DNA of 64,000 nt from an uncultured Fibrobacterota bacterium (GCA_963753345.1 CAVWBU010000024.1:275840-339839); one strand, 5' to 3'; numbered from the stretch's first letter, positions 8,961 to 19,574 are shown. Translations and numbers: made by a program. The notes: generated by a model not told the origin, from the letters alone.

Positions 8961-10205
8961 ATGAGTAAGAATCCCGTTCTCTGCATCGTCGGACTCGGCT
9001 ACGTGGGCCTGCCGCTTGCCGTTGAATTCGCCAAGCATTTCACGGTCCACGGCTTTGACATAAGCGAAAAGCGCGTTGCGATCCTCAGAAAAGGCAGGGA
9101 CCCCAACCGCGAGGTGGACTCTCAGGTATTGTCGAGCGTCAAGATCGAGTATTCAAGCAACCCATCGGTCATCAGGAAAGCCGATTTCGTTGTGGTTGCC
9201 GTGCCCACGCCCATCGACGACCACAAGATCCCCGACCTTACGCCTGTTGTCAAGGCCTCGGAAACCGTGGGAAGGAACCTGAAGAGGGGCGCGATCGTGG
9301 TGTATGAATCCACCGTGTACCCCGGCGTCACCGAAGACGAATGCGTGCCGATCCTTGAGCGCGAAAGCGGGTTCACGTGGAAAAAGGACTTTTTCGTGGG
9401 ATATTCGCCGGAGCGCATCAATCCCGGCGACCGGGAGCACACGGTGTCGAAGATAACCAAGGTCGTGTCGGGAGACACCCCGCAAACGCTTGAGACCGTC
9501 GCCGCGGTTTATGGCGCCGCGGTGAAGGCGGGCGTGTACCGGGCGCCTTCGATAAAAGTCGCTGAGGCGGCGAAGGTGATCGAAAACACCCAGCGAGACA
9601 TCAACATCGCGCTCATGAACGAGCTGCGCATCATATTTGACAAACTGGGAATATCCACCACCGAGGTGCTCGCCGCCTCAAAGACAAAGTGGAACTTTCT
9701 TCCCTTTGAGCCCGGGCTTGTCGGCGGGCACTGCATCGGCGTCGACCCCTACTACCTGGCCTACAAGGCCGAGGAAATAGGCCATCACCCGCAGATCATC
9801 ATGGCAGGCAGGCGCATCAACGACGCCATGGGCAGGTATTTCGGCAGGGAAATCGTCAAGGAGATGACCAACAAGGGAATCTGCGTCAAGGACACGAGGG
9901 CGCTTGTGCTCGGCATCACGTTCAAGGAGAACGTGCCCGACATCCGCAATTCCAAGGTGATCGACATCATGAAGGAACTCGCCGAGTTCGGCGTCAAGGT
10001 TGACGTGTGGGAGCCCGTGGCCGACGCCGAGGAGGTGCGGCTGGAATACGGGATCACCCCGATTGCCAGGCCAAAACGGCACTCTTACGACGCAGTCGTG
10101 CTTGCCGTGAAGCACCGGGAGTTTCTTGAGCTGGGCAGGGCCGGGCTGTCGGCCTTCCTCAAGCCCAACGGTGTTTTCTTTGATGTCAAGGAAGCATTGG
10201 CATAG
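8961..10205 (+). CDS. UDP-N-acetylhexosamine dehydrogenase (WbpO/TviB family)
   Basis: Rossmann GLGYVGLPLA, YESTVYPG, YSPERINPGD, AKVIENTQRD, GGHCIGVDPYY, TFKENVPDIRNS. Confidence 0.93.
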   Translation: MSKNPVLCIVGLGYVGLPLAVEFAKHFTVHGFDISEKRVAILRKGRDPNREVDSQVLSSVKIEYSSNPSVIRKADFVVVAVPTPIDDHKIPDLTPVVKASETVGRNLKRGAIVVYESTVYPGVTEDECVPILERESGFTWKKDFFVGYSPERINPGDREHTVSKITKVVSGDTPQTLETVAAVYGAAVKAGVYRAPSIKVAEAAKVIENTQRDINIALMNELRIIFDKLGISTTEVLAASKTKWNFLPFEPGLVGGHCIGVDPYYLAYKAEEIGHHPQIIMAGRRINDAMGRYFGREIVKEMTNKGICVKDTRALVLGITFKENVPDIRNSKVIDIMKELAEFGVKVDVWEPVADAEEVRLEYGITPIARPKRHSYDAVVLAVKHREFLELGRAGLSAFLKPNGVFFDVKEALA

Positions 10206-10240
10206 ACCATAAATGCGGTTCTTTGGATAAAAATAACAAA

Positions 10241-10394
10241 TTGGGCGCCCCGCCGCTTTGTGGCGGCGGTCCTCCTTCCAGGCTCGGCCTTCGGCCTCGT
10301 TACCGCCTGCCACGAGGGTCCTTCGGGCCGTGGTCAGTCGGCAATCCCGCTTTGGCGGGACCATTTTTCCAGTCCGACCTGGCGCGCGGGCAGA
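10241..10394. repeat. structured intergenic repeat, module A copy 1
   Basis: Collinear with 20883-21062 and 54072-54250 (TGGGCG..., CTCGGCCTTCGGCCTCG, nested hairpins, CCAGTCC..CCT..CGCGCGG). Confidence 0.8.
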
Positions 10395-10531
10395 TGGACA
10401 CCGAATCTCTTCAACCCTAATTGACAAGAGGAAGTGAACCTAAGTGACGGGAAGCGAGAGAGCTTGCTCCGGTAGCTGCAATGCAGAACTTGCGTGGACA
10501 AGATCTGCAACTATCAATTTTGATTCAGCAA

Positions 10532-11176
10532 TCAATTGAACCGCTTCTCATCCCCCATATTCGGCCTAATAATCAATTCCTCATACTGTTTCCTCAGCGA
10601 CTCCCCGACCGCGGCATTTTCCCCCAGGCAATCCAGCGCCATGGCGATCGCCTCGACGGTTGCGAGGCCGTGCCTTTTTGTCTGGCCCCGCAACGACGGA
10701 TGGTCGGGATTGAGCGTGATCCGGTTGAGCTTGAGCAGCCACGGATTCCGCCACCACATAGCCTTTGCCTGCTTCCACGACCCGTCAATGACGATGATGC
10801 CTTTGAAACGTGTCGAAATGGCAAGGAGAAGGTTCTTCGGGCTGAACATCTCCAGTTTCCTCGACGGCTCCTTGATGCCTTTGAGCAACAGCACCGCCCA
10901 TGCATCCGCGTCTGCCTCTTCGCCGAGTGCGTGGGAAAGATTACGCCACGAAAGCCCGACGCGCAGCACGCTGTTGGCAAGCGCGCGGTGGGCAAGCATT
11001 GCCGAATTGAGAAGCTTGTGCTGTTCCTGGGGGTGTTGGAGGATAAGAACCTTTGCACCCGTGCCGAAAGGAACCGTTTTTCCGCACATGCACTGCGGAG
11101 TGAGGCGAAGGCATACAGGGCAAGCGTTCTTTTTGTCAATCTTCTTGGGGGTGGCTGCGGGCCTTGATGTTTTCAT
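10532..11176 (-). CDS. DTW-domain tRNA-uridine aminocarboxypropyltransferase family protein
   Basis: CPVC...CMC zinc ribbon, ILQHPQE, IDGSWKQAKAMWWRNPWL, LATVEAIA. Confidence 0.88.
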   Translation of the reverse strand: MKTSRPAATPKKIDKKNACPVCLRLTPQCMCGKTVPFGTGAKVLILQHPQEQHKLLNSAMLAHRALANSVLRVGLSWRNLSHALGEEADADAWAVLLLKGIKEPSRKLEMFSPKNLLLAISTRFKGIIVIDGSWKQAKAMWWRNPWLLKLNRITLNPDHPSLRGQTKRHGLATVEAIAMALDCLGENAAVGESLRKQYEELIIRPNMGDEKRFN

Positions 11177-11197
11177 TTTGTGAAACGGCCCGTACCG

Positions 11198-12007
11198 TTA
11201 GTCAACCTGCGGGGCGTCCTGCCCTGCCTGCAGGGGCGCTTCTGCGGCCTGGTCCGGCTCTTTTTCCACGCGCCGCTTCACCAGAATGCGGCCGAACCGT
11301 GTTTCCTGCCGGAAGATTATCTCCTGCATTTTGGTGAGCTCAAGGATTGCCATAAACGTCACCACGAGCACGATCCTGCGCTTGTCGTCGGCAAACAGGT
11401 CTTCAAATGGAATTTCCCGGTCGGCGGCGATCATGCCGAGAACGTGCTCGATGCGGTCGTCGAGACGCACCATATCGTGGCCGATGACCTGCCGGCTGTC
11501 GCCCTCGGCCGCCACGCGGTCAAGCACGCGCTTGAAGGCGGTGATCAGGTCGAACACCGTGACCGCGCCCGCGACAAGGCCGTCGTCGGCCGCGGAAAGC
11601 GGCGTTACGGGCTCGGCGCTGCCCCGTGTGAAGCAGCCGATCTGCTCGGACTCGAAATGCCGCAGCGAGTGGGCCGCCTCCTTGTACTTTTTGTATTCGA
11701 GGAGCTGCGCGATAAGCTGTTCCCTGTTGTAAATTCCCTCCTCGCCTTCGATCGGCTCCTGCTCCGACGGCGGCAGGAGCTCGCGCGCCTTGAGGCGGAT
11801 GAGCGTGCTGGCCATGTACAGGTATTCCGCGGCGATGTCGATGTTGAGCTCGCGCATGAGGTCGAGATACTCGAGGTACTGCTGGGCGACCTGCGCCACC
11901 TGGATCTGCCTGATGTCCACTTCGGCCCGGTTGACAAGGTAGAGCAGCAGGTCGAGCGGCCCCTCGAACAGCGAAAGCTTGACCTGATATTCCTGTTTCA
12001 CCTGCAT
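11198..12007 (-). CDS. scpA: segregation and condensation protein A
   Basis: FEGPLDLLLYLV, AAEYLYMASTLIRLKARELLP, LLEYKKYKEAA, VVTFMAILEL; start ATG 12007. Confidence 0.93.
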   Translation of the reverse strand: MQVKQEYQVKLSLFEGPLDLLLYLVNRAEVDIRQIQVAQVAQQYLEYLDLMRELNIDIAAEYLYMASTLIRLKARELLPPSEQEPIEGEEGIYNREQLIAQLLEYKKYKEAAHSLRHFESEQIGCFTRGSAEPVTPLSAADDGLVAGAVTVFDLITAFKRVLDRVAAEGDSRQVIGHDMVRLDDRIEHVLGMIAADREIPFEDLFADDKRRIVLVVTFMAILELTKMQEIIFRQETRFGRILVKRRVEKEPDQAAEAPLQAGQDAPQVD

Positions 12008-12378
12008 GCGATCGCCTCGATTTCCACCAGGACGTTTTTCGGCAGCGCGGCAACCTCCACCACCGACCGCGCGGGCCTCGCGCCGCAAAGTTCTTCCTCG
12101 TAGACCGCGTTGAACGCGGCAAAGTCGGCCATGGAGCGGAGGAACACGGTGGTCTTGACAAGCGCGTCTGTTCCCATCGACTGCGACGAAAGCACGGCCT
12201 TGAGGTTTGCAAGCGCCTGCCGCGCCTGGTCGGCGATCGTTGCGCCCGTAACCGCGCCGCTCGCCGGATCGAGCGGGATCTGGCCCGAAATAAAAACAAA
12301 GTCTCCCGACGATACTCCTTGAGAGTACGGGCCCACCGGCTTCGGGGCGTTGGGCGTGTAAATCGGCGCTGCCTGCAT
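11998..12378 (-). CDS. ridA: RidA family reactive-intermediate deaminase
   Basis: APKPVGPYSQG, FISGQIPLDP, PARSVVEVAALP..VEIEAIA; start ATG 12378. Confidence 0.92.
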   Translation of the reverse strand: MQAAPIYTPNAPKPVGPYSQGVSSGDFVFISGQIPLDPASGAVTGATIADQARQALANLKAVLSSQSMGTDALVKTTVFLRSMADFAAFNAVYEEELCGARPARSVVEVAALPKNVLVEIEAIACR

Positions 12379-12389
12379 TCTGTCTCCGG

Positions 12390-14219
12390 TTATTCTACGG
12401 TCACGCTTTTTGCAAGGTTTCTGGGCTGATCGATTTCGCATTTCCGGATGGCGGCGATGTGATACGCAAGCAGCTGCAGCGGGATAACGGACAACAGCGG
12501 GCTCAGCATGGGAATCGTGCACGGCACGTGGATCACATGCGCCGCATGCTTTCTGATGCGGGTGTCGCCCTCGGTGGCAATGGCGATCACCTTGCCGCCG
12601 CGCGCGTTCACTTCCTGAATATTCGAAATCACCTTTTCGTAAACGCTGTCTTTAAGCGCGATGACCACGGTCGGCATGTCTTTGTCGATGAGCGCGATGG
12701 GGCCGTGCTTCATTTCGGCTGCCGGATATCCTTCCGCGTGAATGTAGGAAATCTCCTTGAGCTTGAGCGCGCCTTCGAGCGCGACCGGAAAGTTGTAGGA
12801 GCGGCCGAGGTAGATAAAGTTGTTGTGCTTCGAGTACTTCTTCGCGATGTCCCGTATCGCTGCGTTCTGCTTGAGGATTTTCTTCACCTGCTCCGGGATT
12901 TTCGCAAGCGCCTGCGCGATGTCAACACCTTGGTCGTGTGAAATCCTGCGCATGCGGCCGAGAAGCAGCGTGAGCAGGGCCAGCACGGTGAGCTGCGAGG
13001 TGAAGGCCTTGGTCGAGGCCACGCCGATTTCCGGCCCGGCGTGGAGGTACACGCCGCCGTGGGTCTCGCGCGCGATGGACGACCCCACCGCGTTGCAGAT
13101 GCCGAGCACGGTGGCGCCCTTGTTCGCGGCCTCGCGCAGGGCCGCGAGCGTGTCGGCGGTCTCGCCGGATTGACTTATGACAAACACGAGGGTGTGCGGG
13201 TCTATGATGGGATTGCGGTACCGGAATTCCGAGGCGTACTCCACCTCGGCGGACACGCCCGCGATTTCCTCAATCATGTGCTCGCCCACGAGCGCGGCGT
13301 GCCACGACGTGCCGCACGCCACGAAGATGATGCGATTGATCTGGCGGAGCTGCTGCAACACAAGGTTGAGACCGTCGAGCCTGGCGCTGCCGTCGTCAAC
13401 GAGCAGGCGGCCCCGCATGGCGTTGCGGATGCTGTCGGGCTGTTCGAAAATTTCCTTGAGCATGAAGTGCGCGAACCCGCCCTTGGCAAGCGCCTCGGCG
13501 CTGTAATCGACGTGCTGAATCTCGTGCACCATAACCTTCTGATCGAGGTCCATCACGGTGTGGTCGGTGCGGTTGAGCACCACCAGGCTTGAGTCCTTGA
13601 GATAGATGACGCGCTTGGTGTAGCGGACAATGGCGCTGGCGTCGGATGCGAGGAAATACTCGCCGTCGCCCACGCCCACCACGAGGGGCGAGCCGCGGCG
13701 CGCGCCCACGAGCACGTTCGGGTTGTCCGCGGCAATCACGGCGATGCCGAACGTGCCGTCGACCTCGGCAAGCGCCTTTGAAACGGCGCCCAACAGGTCT
13801 CCTTTGTAGTATTTGCCCACGAGCTGGGCAAGCACCTCGGTGTCGGTTTCGGACCTGAAAACAACGCCCTCCTTCTTGAGTTTCTCCTTGAGCGTCCCAT
13901 AATTCTCGATGATGCCGTTGTGGACAAGGGCGATCCTGTTGTGCATGTCGGTGTGCGGGTGGGCATTCGCCTGCGAGGGCACGCCGTGCGTTGCCCAGCG
14001 CGTGTGGGCGATGCCGATGGTGGCCCCTTTTTTCACTTTTTTTTCGGCAAACTCCCTGAGTTGCGCGACCTTCCCCTTGTTCTTCAGGACGGTGATGTTC
14101 CCTTTGTCAATAAGCGCCACGCCGGCGCTGTCGTATCCGCGGTATTCAAGCGCGGAAAGGCCTTCCATGAGAACAGGAAACGCTTCCCGTTTGCCGACGT
14201 ATCCGACTATTCCGCACAT
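12390..14219 (-). CDS. glmS: glutamine--fructose-6-phosphate transaminase
   Basis: N-terminal MCGIVG at ATG 14219, EYRGYDSAG, HTRWATHG, SQSGETADT, C-terminal DQPRNLAKSVTVE. Confidence 0.98.
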   Translation of the reverse strand: MCGIVGYVGKREAFPVLMEGLSALEYRGYDSAGVALIDKGNITVLKNKGKVAQLREFAEKKVKKGATIGIAHTRWATHGVPSQANAHPHTDMHNRIALVHNGIIENYGTLKEKLKKEGVVFRSETDTEVLAQLVGKYYKGDLLGAVSKALAEVDGTFGIAVIAADNPNVLVGARRGSPLVVGVGDGEYFLASDASAIVRYTKRVIYLKDSSLVVLNRTDHTVMDLDQKVMVHEIQHVDYSAEALAKGGFAHFMLKEIFEQPDSIRNAMRGRLLVDDGSARLDGLNLVLQQLRQINRIIFVACGTSWHAALVGEHMIEEIAGVSAEVEYASEFRYRNPIIDPHTLVFVISQSGETADTLAALREAANKGATVLGICNAVGSSIARETHGGVYLHAGPEIGVASTKAFTSQLTVLALLTLLLGRMRRISHDQGVDIAQALAKIPEQVKKILKQNAAIRDIAKKYSKHNNFIYLGRSYNFPVALEGALKLKEISYIHAEGYPAAEMKHGPIALIDKDMPTVVIALKDSVYEKVISNIQEVNARGGKVIAIATEGDTRIRKHAAHVIHVPCTIPMLSPLLSVIPLQLLAYHIAAIRKCEIDQPRNLAKSVTVE

Positions 14220-14379
14220 GATTCCGCTCCGAGTGTAATTGAGGGGGAAGGATCCAGCATGATGATCGTTGGTGAATAGAAATATAAATGTTTTGAAAAA
14301 TCCGGGGACAATGATAATGAGAATTGTTATTCTTTCATCACACTGTCGCACAGGAGCCTGCCCGCACCGTGACCGCGCT

Positions 14380-17300
14380 TTACGCAATCCCCGCTTTTGT
14401 TAATTCCGCAAGTTTCTCATCAAGCCGCTTCTGCGAAACCGGGAAAAGCGTCTTGACCTCCTGCTGGGCGAACAGGGAGATCTTGAATTCCTCCACCATC
14501 ATACAAAAGTCCAGCGCAAGACTATGGTCATCTTGATGACATTTCTTGAGCTTGGTAAGTATTGCAGCGGATTTTTCACGATAGGGCACCACGGTCTGCA
14601 GCTTGAGTAGGTACTTCCCAGGATCGGAAAATGCCCTCTGAATCCTGAATCCGAAAGCCTTGAAATACCGAGGATACTGCATAAGCATCCCGTAACTCAA
14701 TGCCCCGCCCAGGAAGTGTTCCATGTATGATACAAGCTCGCTTTTCAAATCGGAAGCTGCGAGTGCATATCCTTTGGAACTGCTTGCCCGCGACCCGGCC
14801 TTTAGTTCACCCAGCAGTTCCGGGTATCCTGAAGCAATCTTTGAAATCAAGGTTCCCGCCTGCGGGCCAACGTCTGCCAGGCGAGACCGCACACGTTTGA
14901 GGAGAGCATCGAATTCCCGGAGTTTCAGTATCGACAGGTTCTCATCCGCAAAGCAATGGTCCCTGATGAGCGAAAACATCGTATCCTTGAGGCCGTCGGC
15001 CCTGTCGCCTTTGACAAACGAGGAGAACCGCCGGGCATGCGTCTCGATGTCCCGCTCCAGCCACGCCAACTCCTTTTCGAGACAGATTTCCACAAGCCTT
15101 TTCACACCCCGGGGGTGATTGTCGGCCTGATCGTCCGTGGAGGTGAAAACTGCGATGTCAACCGAGCCGTCTCGTTCGACAAGCGATGGATACCCGAACA
15201 CGGAGAATCCGTTCTTGGCAGGGACGACCTCTAACTGTTGGGGCAAATCTCCGAAATTCCAGGCCCGGACATCTTTTCTGATCCACTGCCGCGCGGCCTC
15301 GCGCCAGGCAGCAACATTGCTGTTGGGTCCGACCGCCTTGCCGCTCTTGTCAACAATCACCTTGACCATGAGGTGCGGGGGCAGTTCGTGAAAAGGCAGC
15401 GCCGCCGGATCAAGCGGCACGTCGATCAACACGGCGGCGCTTTCGCAGACGCTGTCGAGAAAATCGCCGCCGTCATAGCTAAGGGATGCCGCAATTCGGC
15501 GTGCAGCCTCCGCAGTATCCCCCGCTTTCTGCCTGAGTGATTTCGGAAGGCTTTCGAGCAGAAAGCGGATGCGCGGCTCGTACAGACCAGGTACAATCCA
15601 GTCGAACACCGTATTGTTGACAACCGCAAGCTCCTGTGAGGAGATACGAATGCTGGGCCCGTCGAGCTCCGACGAGGGGTCGAATTCGTAGACAACAGGG
15701 AATTCCCCTGCTCCGATGACGACAGAATCCGGAAACCGGGCCACCTCACGACCCGGCCCCTCGCTCATGAGGTCGGATTCCTTCATGTAAAGAGCGTCCG
15801 CAGCGCCGGGTTTTCGCAGAAACGCGTTGAGTTCGTGGACCGACGTGACGCCCGGAATCCTGGACTTGTAGAACGACGCCATGGCCTCTTCGCCCGCGAA
15901 AACGCCGCTTGTGCGAAGTTTCTTTTCAAACCCCTCCACTCGCTTCCGCATCTCGAGGTTGTGTTGGTAAAACCGGTGCGACGACGTGAGCCTGCCCGCG
16001 CAGAGGCCTTCGCGGATGAATACCTCGTTTGCCTCTGCGGGATTTATCCTTCCGTACCCGACCATCCGTCCCGCCACGATGACGAGGCCGAAAAAGGAAA
16101 CCGTCTCCTTTGCCTTGACGCCGCCGGTTTCCGCATCGAAAAACGGCTCGCTGTACCGCCGTTTGCAAAGGTGCGGGGCGATTGTTTCAAGCCAGAGCGG
16201 GTCTATTGATGCGCAGGTGCGGCTGTACAAACGCGAGGTTTCGACCAGCTCGCACGAGACGATCCAGTCCGGCTTTTTCTTAAAGAGCGACGATCCGGGA
16301 AACACGGCAGAGGTGCGGTCCTTGGCGATCCGGTAGGTGCCGTCGTCGTTTTTCGTTCCCACGTGGGAAATAAACCCGGCAACGATGCAGCGGTGGATCT
16401 GCTCGTAGGTGGCAACGCCCGCCCTGTTCATAGATGTTTCTTTTGCGCCGACAATCGACGCAAGCTGGTCGTGAACGTCTTTCCATTCACGAATGCGGAC
16501 AAAGGAGAGAAAGTTGTCCATGCAGAAACTTTTGAGCTTCGAGAGCGATTGCTTCCCGGGCCTCACCCATTCACACGCGTCCCACACCTTCAGATAGAAA
16601 AGAAAATCGGAAAGCGGGTCGCAGAACCGGGCGTGGGCCGCATCGGCAAGGTCCTTCTTGTCGGCGGGACGAACGCGCACGTCCTGTACGCTCAGCGCCG
16701 ATGCGATCACCAGCATCTCCGGCACGCACGATTGCCGATGGGCCTCAAGCAGCATGCGCGACACCGCAGGGTCCACGGGAAACCGCGCCATGTTCCGGCC
16801 AGTGTCCGTCAGGTTTTTCGATTCGTCAAGCGCGCCGAGCTCCGCAAGCGAGCGGTATCCCTGCGATATCGCCTGGCGCGGCGGCGCCTGCAGAAACGGG
16901 AAGTCCTCGACGCGCCCGAGCCCGAGCGACGCCATCGACAGAATAACCTGCCCGAGGTTTGAGCGCAGAATCTCCGGCGGCGTGTATTCCGGCCGCGACA
17001 GCAGGTCTTTTTCGGAATACAGCCGGACGCACATGCCGTCGCGCACGCGGCCGCACCTGCCCGCGCGCTGGCGTGCGCTTGCCTGCGACACGGCGCCCAC
17101 CGGGAGGCGCGTGATGCCCATGGACGGATCGTACTGCTTGATGCGCGCGAGCCCCGTGTCGACCACGAAGCGGACATTGGGCACGGTCACCGACGTCTCG
17201 GCGATGTTGGTCGCCACGATGATTTTTCTTTTGTCAAATATGCGGAACACCGCGGCCTGCTCGGAAAGCGGCATCCTGCCGAACAGCGGCGCAACAATGC

Positions 17301-18051
17301 ACGACCGGCCGAGCCTGCCTTCCAGAAGCTGCCGGGTCTCATGGATGTCGCGCTCCGTGGGCATGAAGACCAGGATGTCGCCGGAATCCGACGATTCCAG
17401 AAGTCCCTGCGCCGCATCAGCAGCGGCATTCACAAAGGAGATTTCCCCGTTCTCGCCGACTGCGGGCTCCTGATGAAGAATGTCCACGGGAAACATCCTG
17501 CCCGAAACCGTGACCACAGGAGCTTTTCCAAAGGCGGCCGCGAAAAGCGCGGTGTCGATGGTGGCCGACGACAGCACGAGCCGCAGATCCGGCCGCCTGG
17601 GGAGAAGCCACCGCATGTAGCCAAGAAGGAAATCTATGTTGAGGCTCCGTTCGTGGACTTCGTCGATGATCACCACCGCATACCTGCGAAGGTTTCTGTC
17701 GGTCTGCAGCTCGCGGAGCAGAATGCCGTCGGTCATGAACTTGATTTTTGTCTGCGCCGATTCCCTGTCGGTGAAGCGGACTTTGTACCCGACCAGCGAT
17801 CCGAGCTGGCATGACATCTGCGACGCCACAAAGGAGGCGACCGACGTTGCCGCAATCCGCCGCGGCTGCGTGATGCCGATTGTTCCCCGTTGCCCGAAAC
17901 CAGCCTCAAGGCAGATTAGGGGCAGCTGCGTTGTCTTGCCCGACCCTGTTTCTCCTGCGACAACAACGACCTGGGAGGAGCGGATTGCCCGGAGGATCTC
18001 GTCCTTCTTGCCGTTGATGGGCAGGCCAGCGGGGACTTCGGGACCGGTCAT
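14380..18051 (-). CDS. hrpA: ATP-dependent RNA helicase HrpA
   Basis: GETGSGKTTQLP, TQPRRIAA, IIDEVHERS, ATNIAETSVT, QRAGRCGR, C-terminal MVEEFKISLFAQ...VSQKRL; 1223 aa. Confidence 0.95.
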   Translation of the reverse strand: MTGPEVPAGLPINGKKDEILRAIRSSQVVVVAGETGSGKTTQLPLICLEAGFGQRGTIGITQPRRIAATSVASFVASQMSCQLGSLVGYKVRFTDRESAQTKIKFMTDGILLRELQTDRNLRRYAVVIIDEVHERSLNIDFLLGYMRWLLPRRPDLRLVLSSATIDTALFAAAFGKAPVVTVSGRMFPVDILHQEPAVGENGEISFVNAAADAAQGLLESSDSGDILVFMPTERDIHETRQLLEGRLGRSCIVAPLFGRMPLSEQAAVFRIFDKRKIIVATNIAETSVTVPNVRFVVDTGLARIKQYDPSMGITRLPVGAVSQASARQRAGRCGRVRDGMCVRLYSEKDLLSRPEYTPPEILRSNLGQVILSMASLGLGRVEDFPFLQAPPRQAISQGYRSLAELGALDESKNLTDTGRNMARFPVDPAVSRMLLEAHRQSCVPEMLVIASALSVQDVRVRPADKKDLADAAHARFCDPLSDFLFYLKVWDACEWVRPGKQSLSKLKSFCMDNFLSFVRIREWKDVHDQLASIVGAKETSMNRAGVATYEQIHRCIVAGFISHVGTKNDDGTYRIAKDRTSAVFPGSSLFKKKPDWIVSCELVETSRLYSRTCASIDPLWLETIAPHLCKRRYSEPFFDAETGGVKAKETVSFFGLVIVAGRMVGYGRINPAEANEVFIREGLCAGRLTSSHRFYQHNLEMRKRVEGFEKKLRTSGVFAGEEAMASFYKSRIPGVTSVHELNAFLRKPGAADALYMKESDLMSEGPGREVARFPDSVVIGAGEFPVVYEFDPSSELDGPSIRISSQELAVVNNTVFDWIVPGLYEPRIRFLLESLPKSLRQKAGDTAEAARRIAASLSYDGGDFLDSVCESAAVLIDVPLDPAALPFHELPPHLMVKVIVDKSGKAVGPNSNVAAWREAARQWIRKDVRAWNFGDLPQQLEVVPAKNGFSVFGYPSLVERDGSVDIAVFTSTDDQADNHPRGVKRLVEICLEKELAWLERDIETHARRFSSFVKGDRADGLKDTMFSLIRDHCFADENLSILKLREFDALLKRVRSRLADVGPQAGTLISKIASGYPELLGELKAGSRASSSKGYALAASDLKSELVSYMEHFLGGALSYGMLMQYPRYFKAFGFRIQRAFSDPGKYLLKLQTVVPYREKSAAILTKLKKCHQDDHSLALDFCMMVEEFKISLFAQQEVKTLFPVSQKRLDEKLAELTKAGIA

Positions 18052-18245
18052 GGCTGGCGTCCCGACGCGCGGCCGGGAGATAACCGTCCCGTCTCAGACC
18101 GGCAGCGTCGCAATGTATTGAATGTCATAAAGACACGGGCCTCTCCGTATTCTTTTATGAGGGAGCTGAGAAAACCGTTGCATCGCGGGTGCATGAGTGA
18201 TACAATATGCAATCATAGGGAAATCTTCACAAAGAGGACAGCGGG

Positions 18246-18617
18246 ATGAACCGCAAGCTCGAAGTCGTCGTGGTTGACGACGAAGAACAGATCACCGAAC
18301 TCCTGAGGACGTTTATCCTCTGCATTGCTCAGGAAATCCGGATCCATACGTTCACCGACTCCGTGGACGCCAAGGACTTTATTGCGCGCAACCCGGTGGA
18401 CGTGCTCATCACCGACTACAAGATGCCGCGGCTCGACGGCCTGCAGCTCATGGAATCGGCCCCTGCCCGCGTAAAAAAAGTGATGATTTCCGGTTTCGTT
18501 TCGGAAATCGCGGAGGAAAAACTCCAGAAGCTCAATGCCACGTTTTTCGAGAAACCGGTCCCCCTGCGCGCCCTGGCAAAAATAATTTCGGAACAGCAGG
18601 AAAAACTCAGGCAGTAG
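18246..18617 (+). CDS. single-domain response regulator (CheY-like receiver)
   Basis: VVVDDE, LITDYKMPRLDG, ISG, EKP. Confidence 0.9.
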   Translation: MNRKLEVVVVDDEEQITELLRTFILCIAQEIRIHTFTDSVDAKDFIARNPVDVLITDYKMPRLDGLQLMESAPARVKKVMISGFVSEIAEEKLQKLNATFFEKPVPLRALAKIISEQQEKLRQ

Positions 18618-18727
18618 AACGGTGCGGGCGAATTTTTCCTGCCCGCTTTCCACCGCACGGCCGTCATGCACGCAATTTCCTCCGGCATCCCTTCCCGCGA
18701 TTTAGTTTTTCGATGGAGTCATCCGCC

Positions 18728-19042
18728 ATGAAAACGGCAATACTGTACATAACCGCCAAAGATGCGAAAGAGGCAAGGAAGATCGCCGCGGCGCTCGTGA
18801 AGGAGCGGCTCGCGGCATGCGCCAACATCATAGACCGGATTCATTCCGTGTACCGGTGGAAGGGTAAAATTGAAAAAAATGCGGAGGCCCTGGTATTCGC
18901 AAAGACCAAGGCATCGCTGGTGACAAAGGCGATTTCCCGCGTGCGCGAACTTCACAGCTACGAATGCCCGTGCATTGTTTCCTTCCCTATTGACAAGGGG
19001 AATCCGGACTTTTTAACATGGATCTCCAATGAAACGATGTAA
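18728..19042 (+). CDS. cutA: divalent-cation tolerance protein CutA
   Basis: LVKERLAACANI, SVYRWKGKIE, LHSYECPCI. Confidence 0.93.
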   Translation: MKTAILYITAKDAKEARKIAAALVKERLAACANIIDRIHSVYRWKGKIEKNAEALVFAKTKASLVTKAISRVRELHSYECPCIVSFPIDKGNPDFLTWISNETM

Positions 19043-19574
19043 CCTGTTCCCTCTCGCGCTGCTTGCATGCGCCGCCGCGTCCGCGCTTTCCCTTTTCTGT
19101 GCGGGCGGGTATAAACTGATCAGCCTCGACGATCTCGAATACAAGAGATGCTGGCTTTCCAGGCCCGATGCGGGCATTGCCGTGTTTGCGTCCAAGCAGC
19201 CGCTGTACGAAACCGGAAACGTGCAGGCCTACGACGCGTCGGTGAAGCAGAATGCGGGCGTCTTTGCGGTGAAAATCGAAAACAAAGGCGCGCTTCCCCT
19301 GTGCATCGACAGTGGCCATATTTTCGTCCTCGACGGTTCCGGAAACCCGGCCGCAATTGTCAAGAACGCCCGCGACGCCTCGAAACTGCTCGGCGCCGGG
19401 CAATCGTTGGGAGATGATGTTGCCGCGAACGCCCTCTGGGGCAAAACGCTCGAGCCGGGAAAATCCTACTGCGCCTTCATCTGCGTCACCGCGCCGAAGG
19501 ACCCGTACTTCGCCACGTATTTCCTGCGGTTTGTCGGCAACAACGGCGAGACGTTGACAGAGGCGAGGTTTTAA
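19029..19574 (+). CDS. exported hypothetical protein
   Basis: Signal-peptide-like N-terminus, overlaps cutA end, normal codon usage. Confidence 0.65.
   Translation: MKRCNLFPLALLACAAASALSLFCAGGYKLISLDDLEYKRCWLSRPDAGIAVFASKQPLYETGNVQAYDASVKQNAGVFAVKIENKGALPLCIDSGHIFVLDGSGNPAAIVKNARDASKLLGAGQSLGDDVAANALWGKTLEPGKSYCAFICVTAPKDPYFATYFLRFVGNNGETLTEARF

Noticed and set aside
11198-12007. scpA without adjacent scpB
   Set aside because: Separation of scpA and scpB is common; scpB may lie elsewhere in the genome.
14220-14379. glmS ribozyme upstream of glmS
   Set aside because: The leader lacks the conserved AGCGCC...GACGAGG core and is short and AT-rich.
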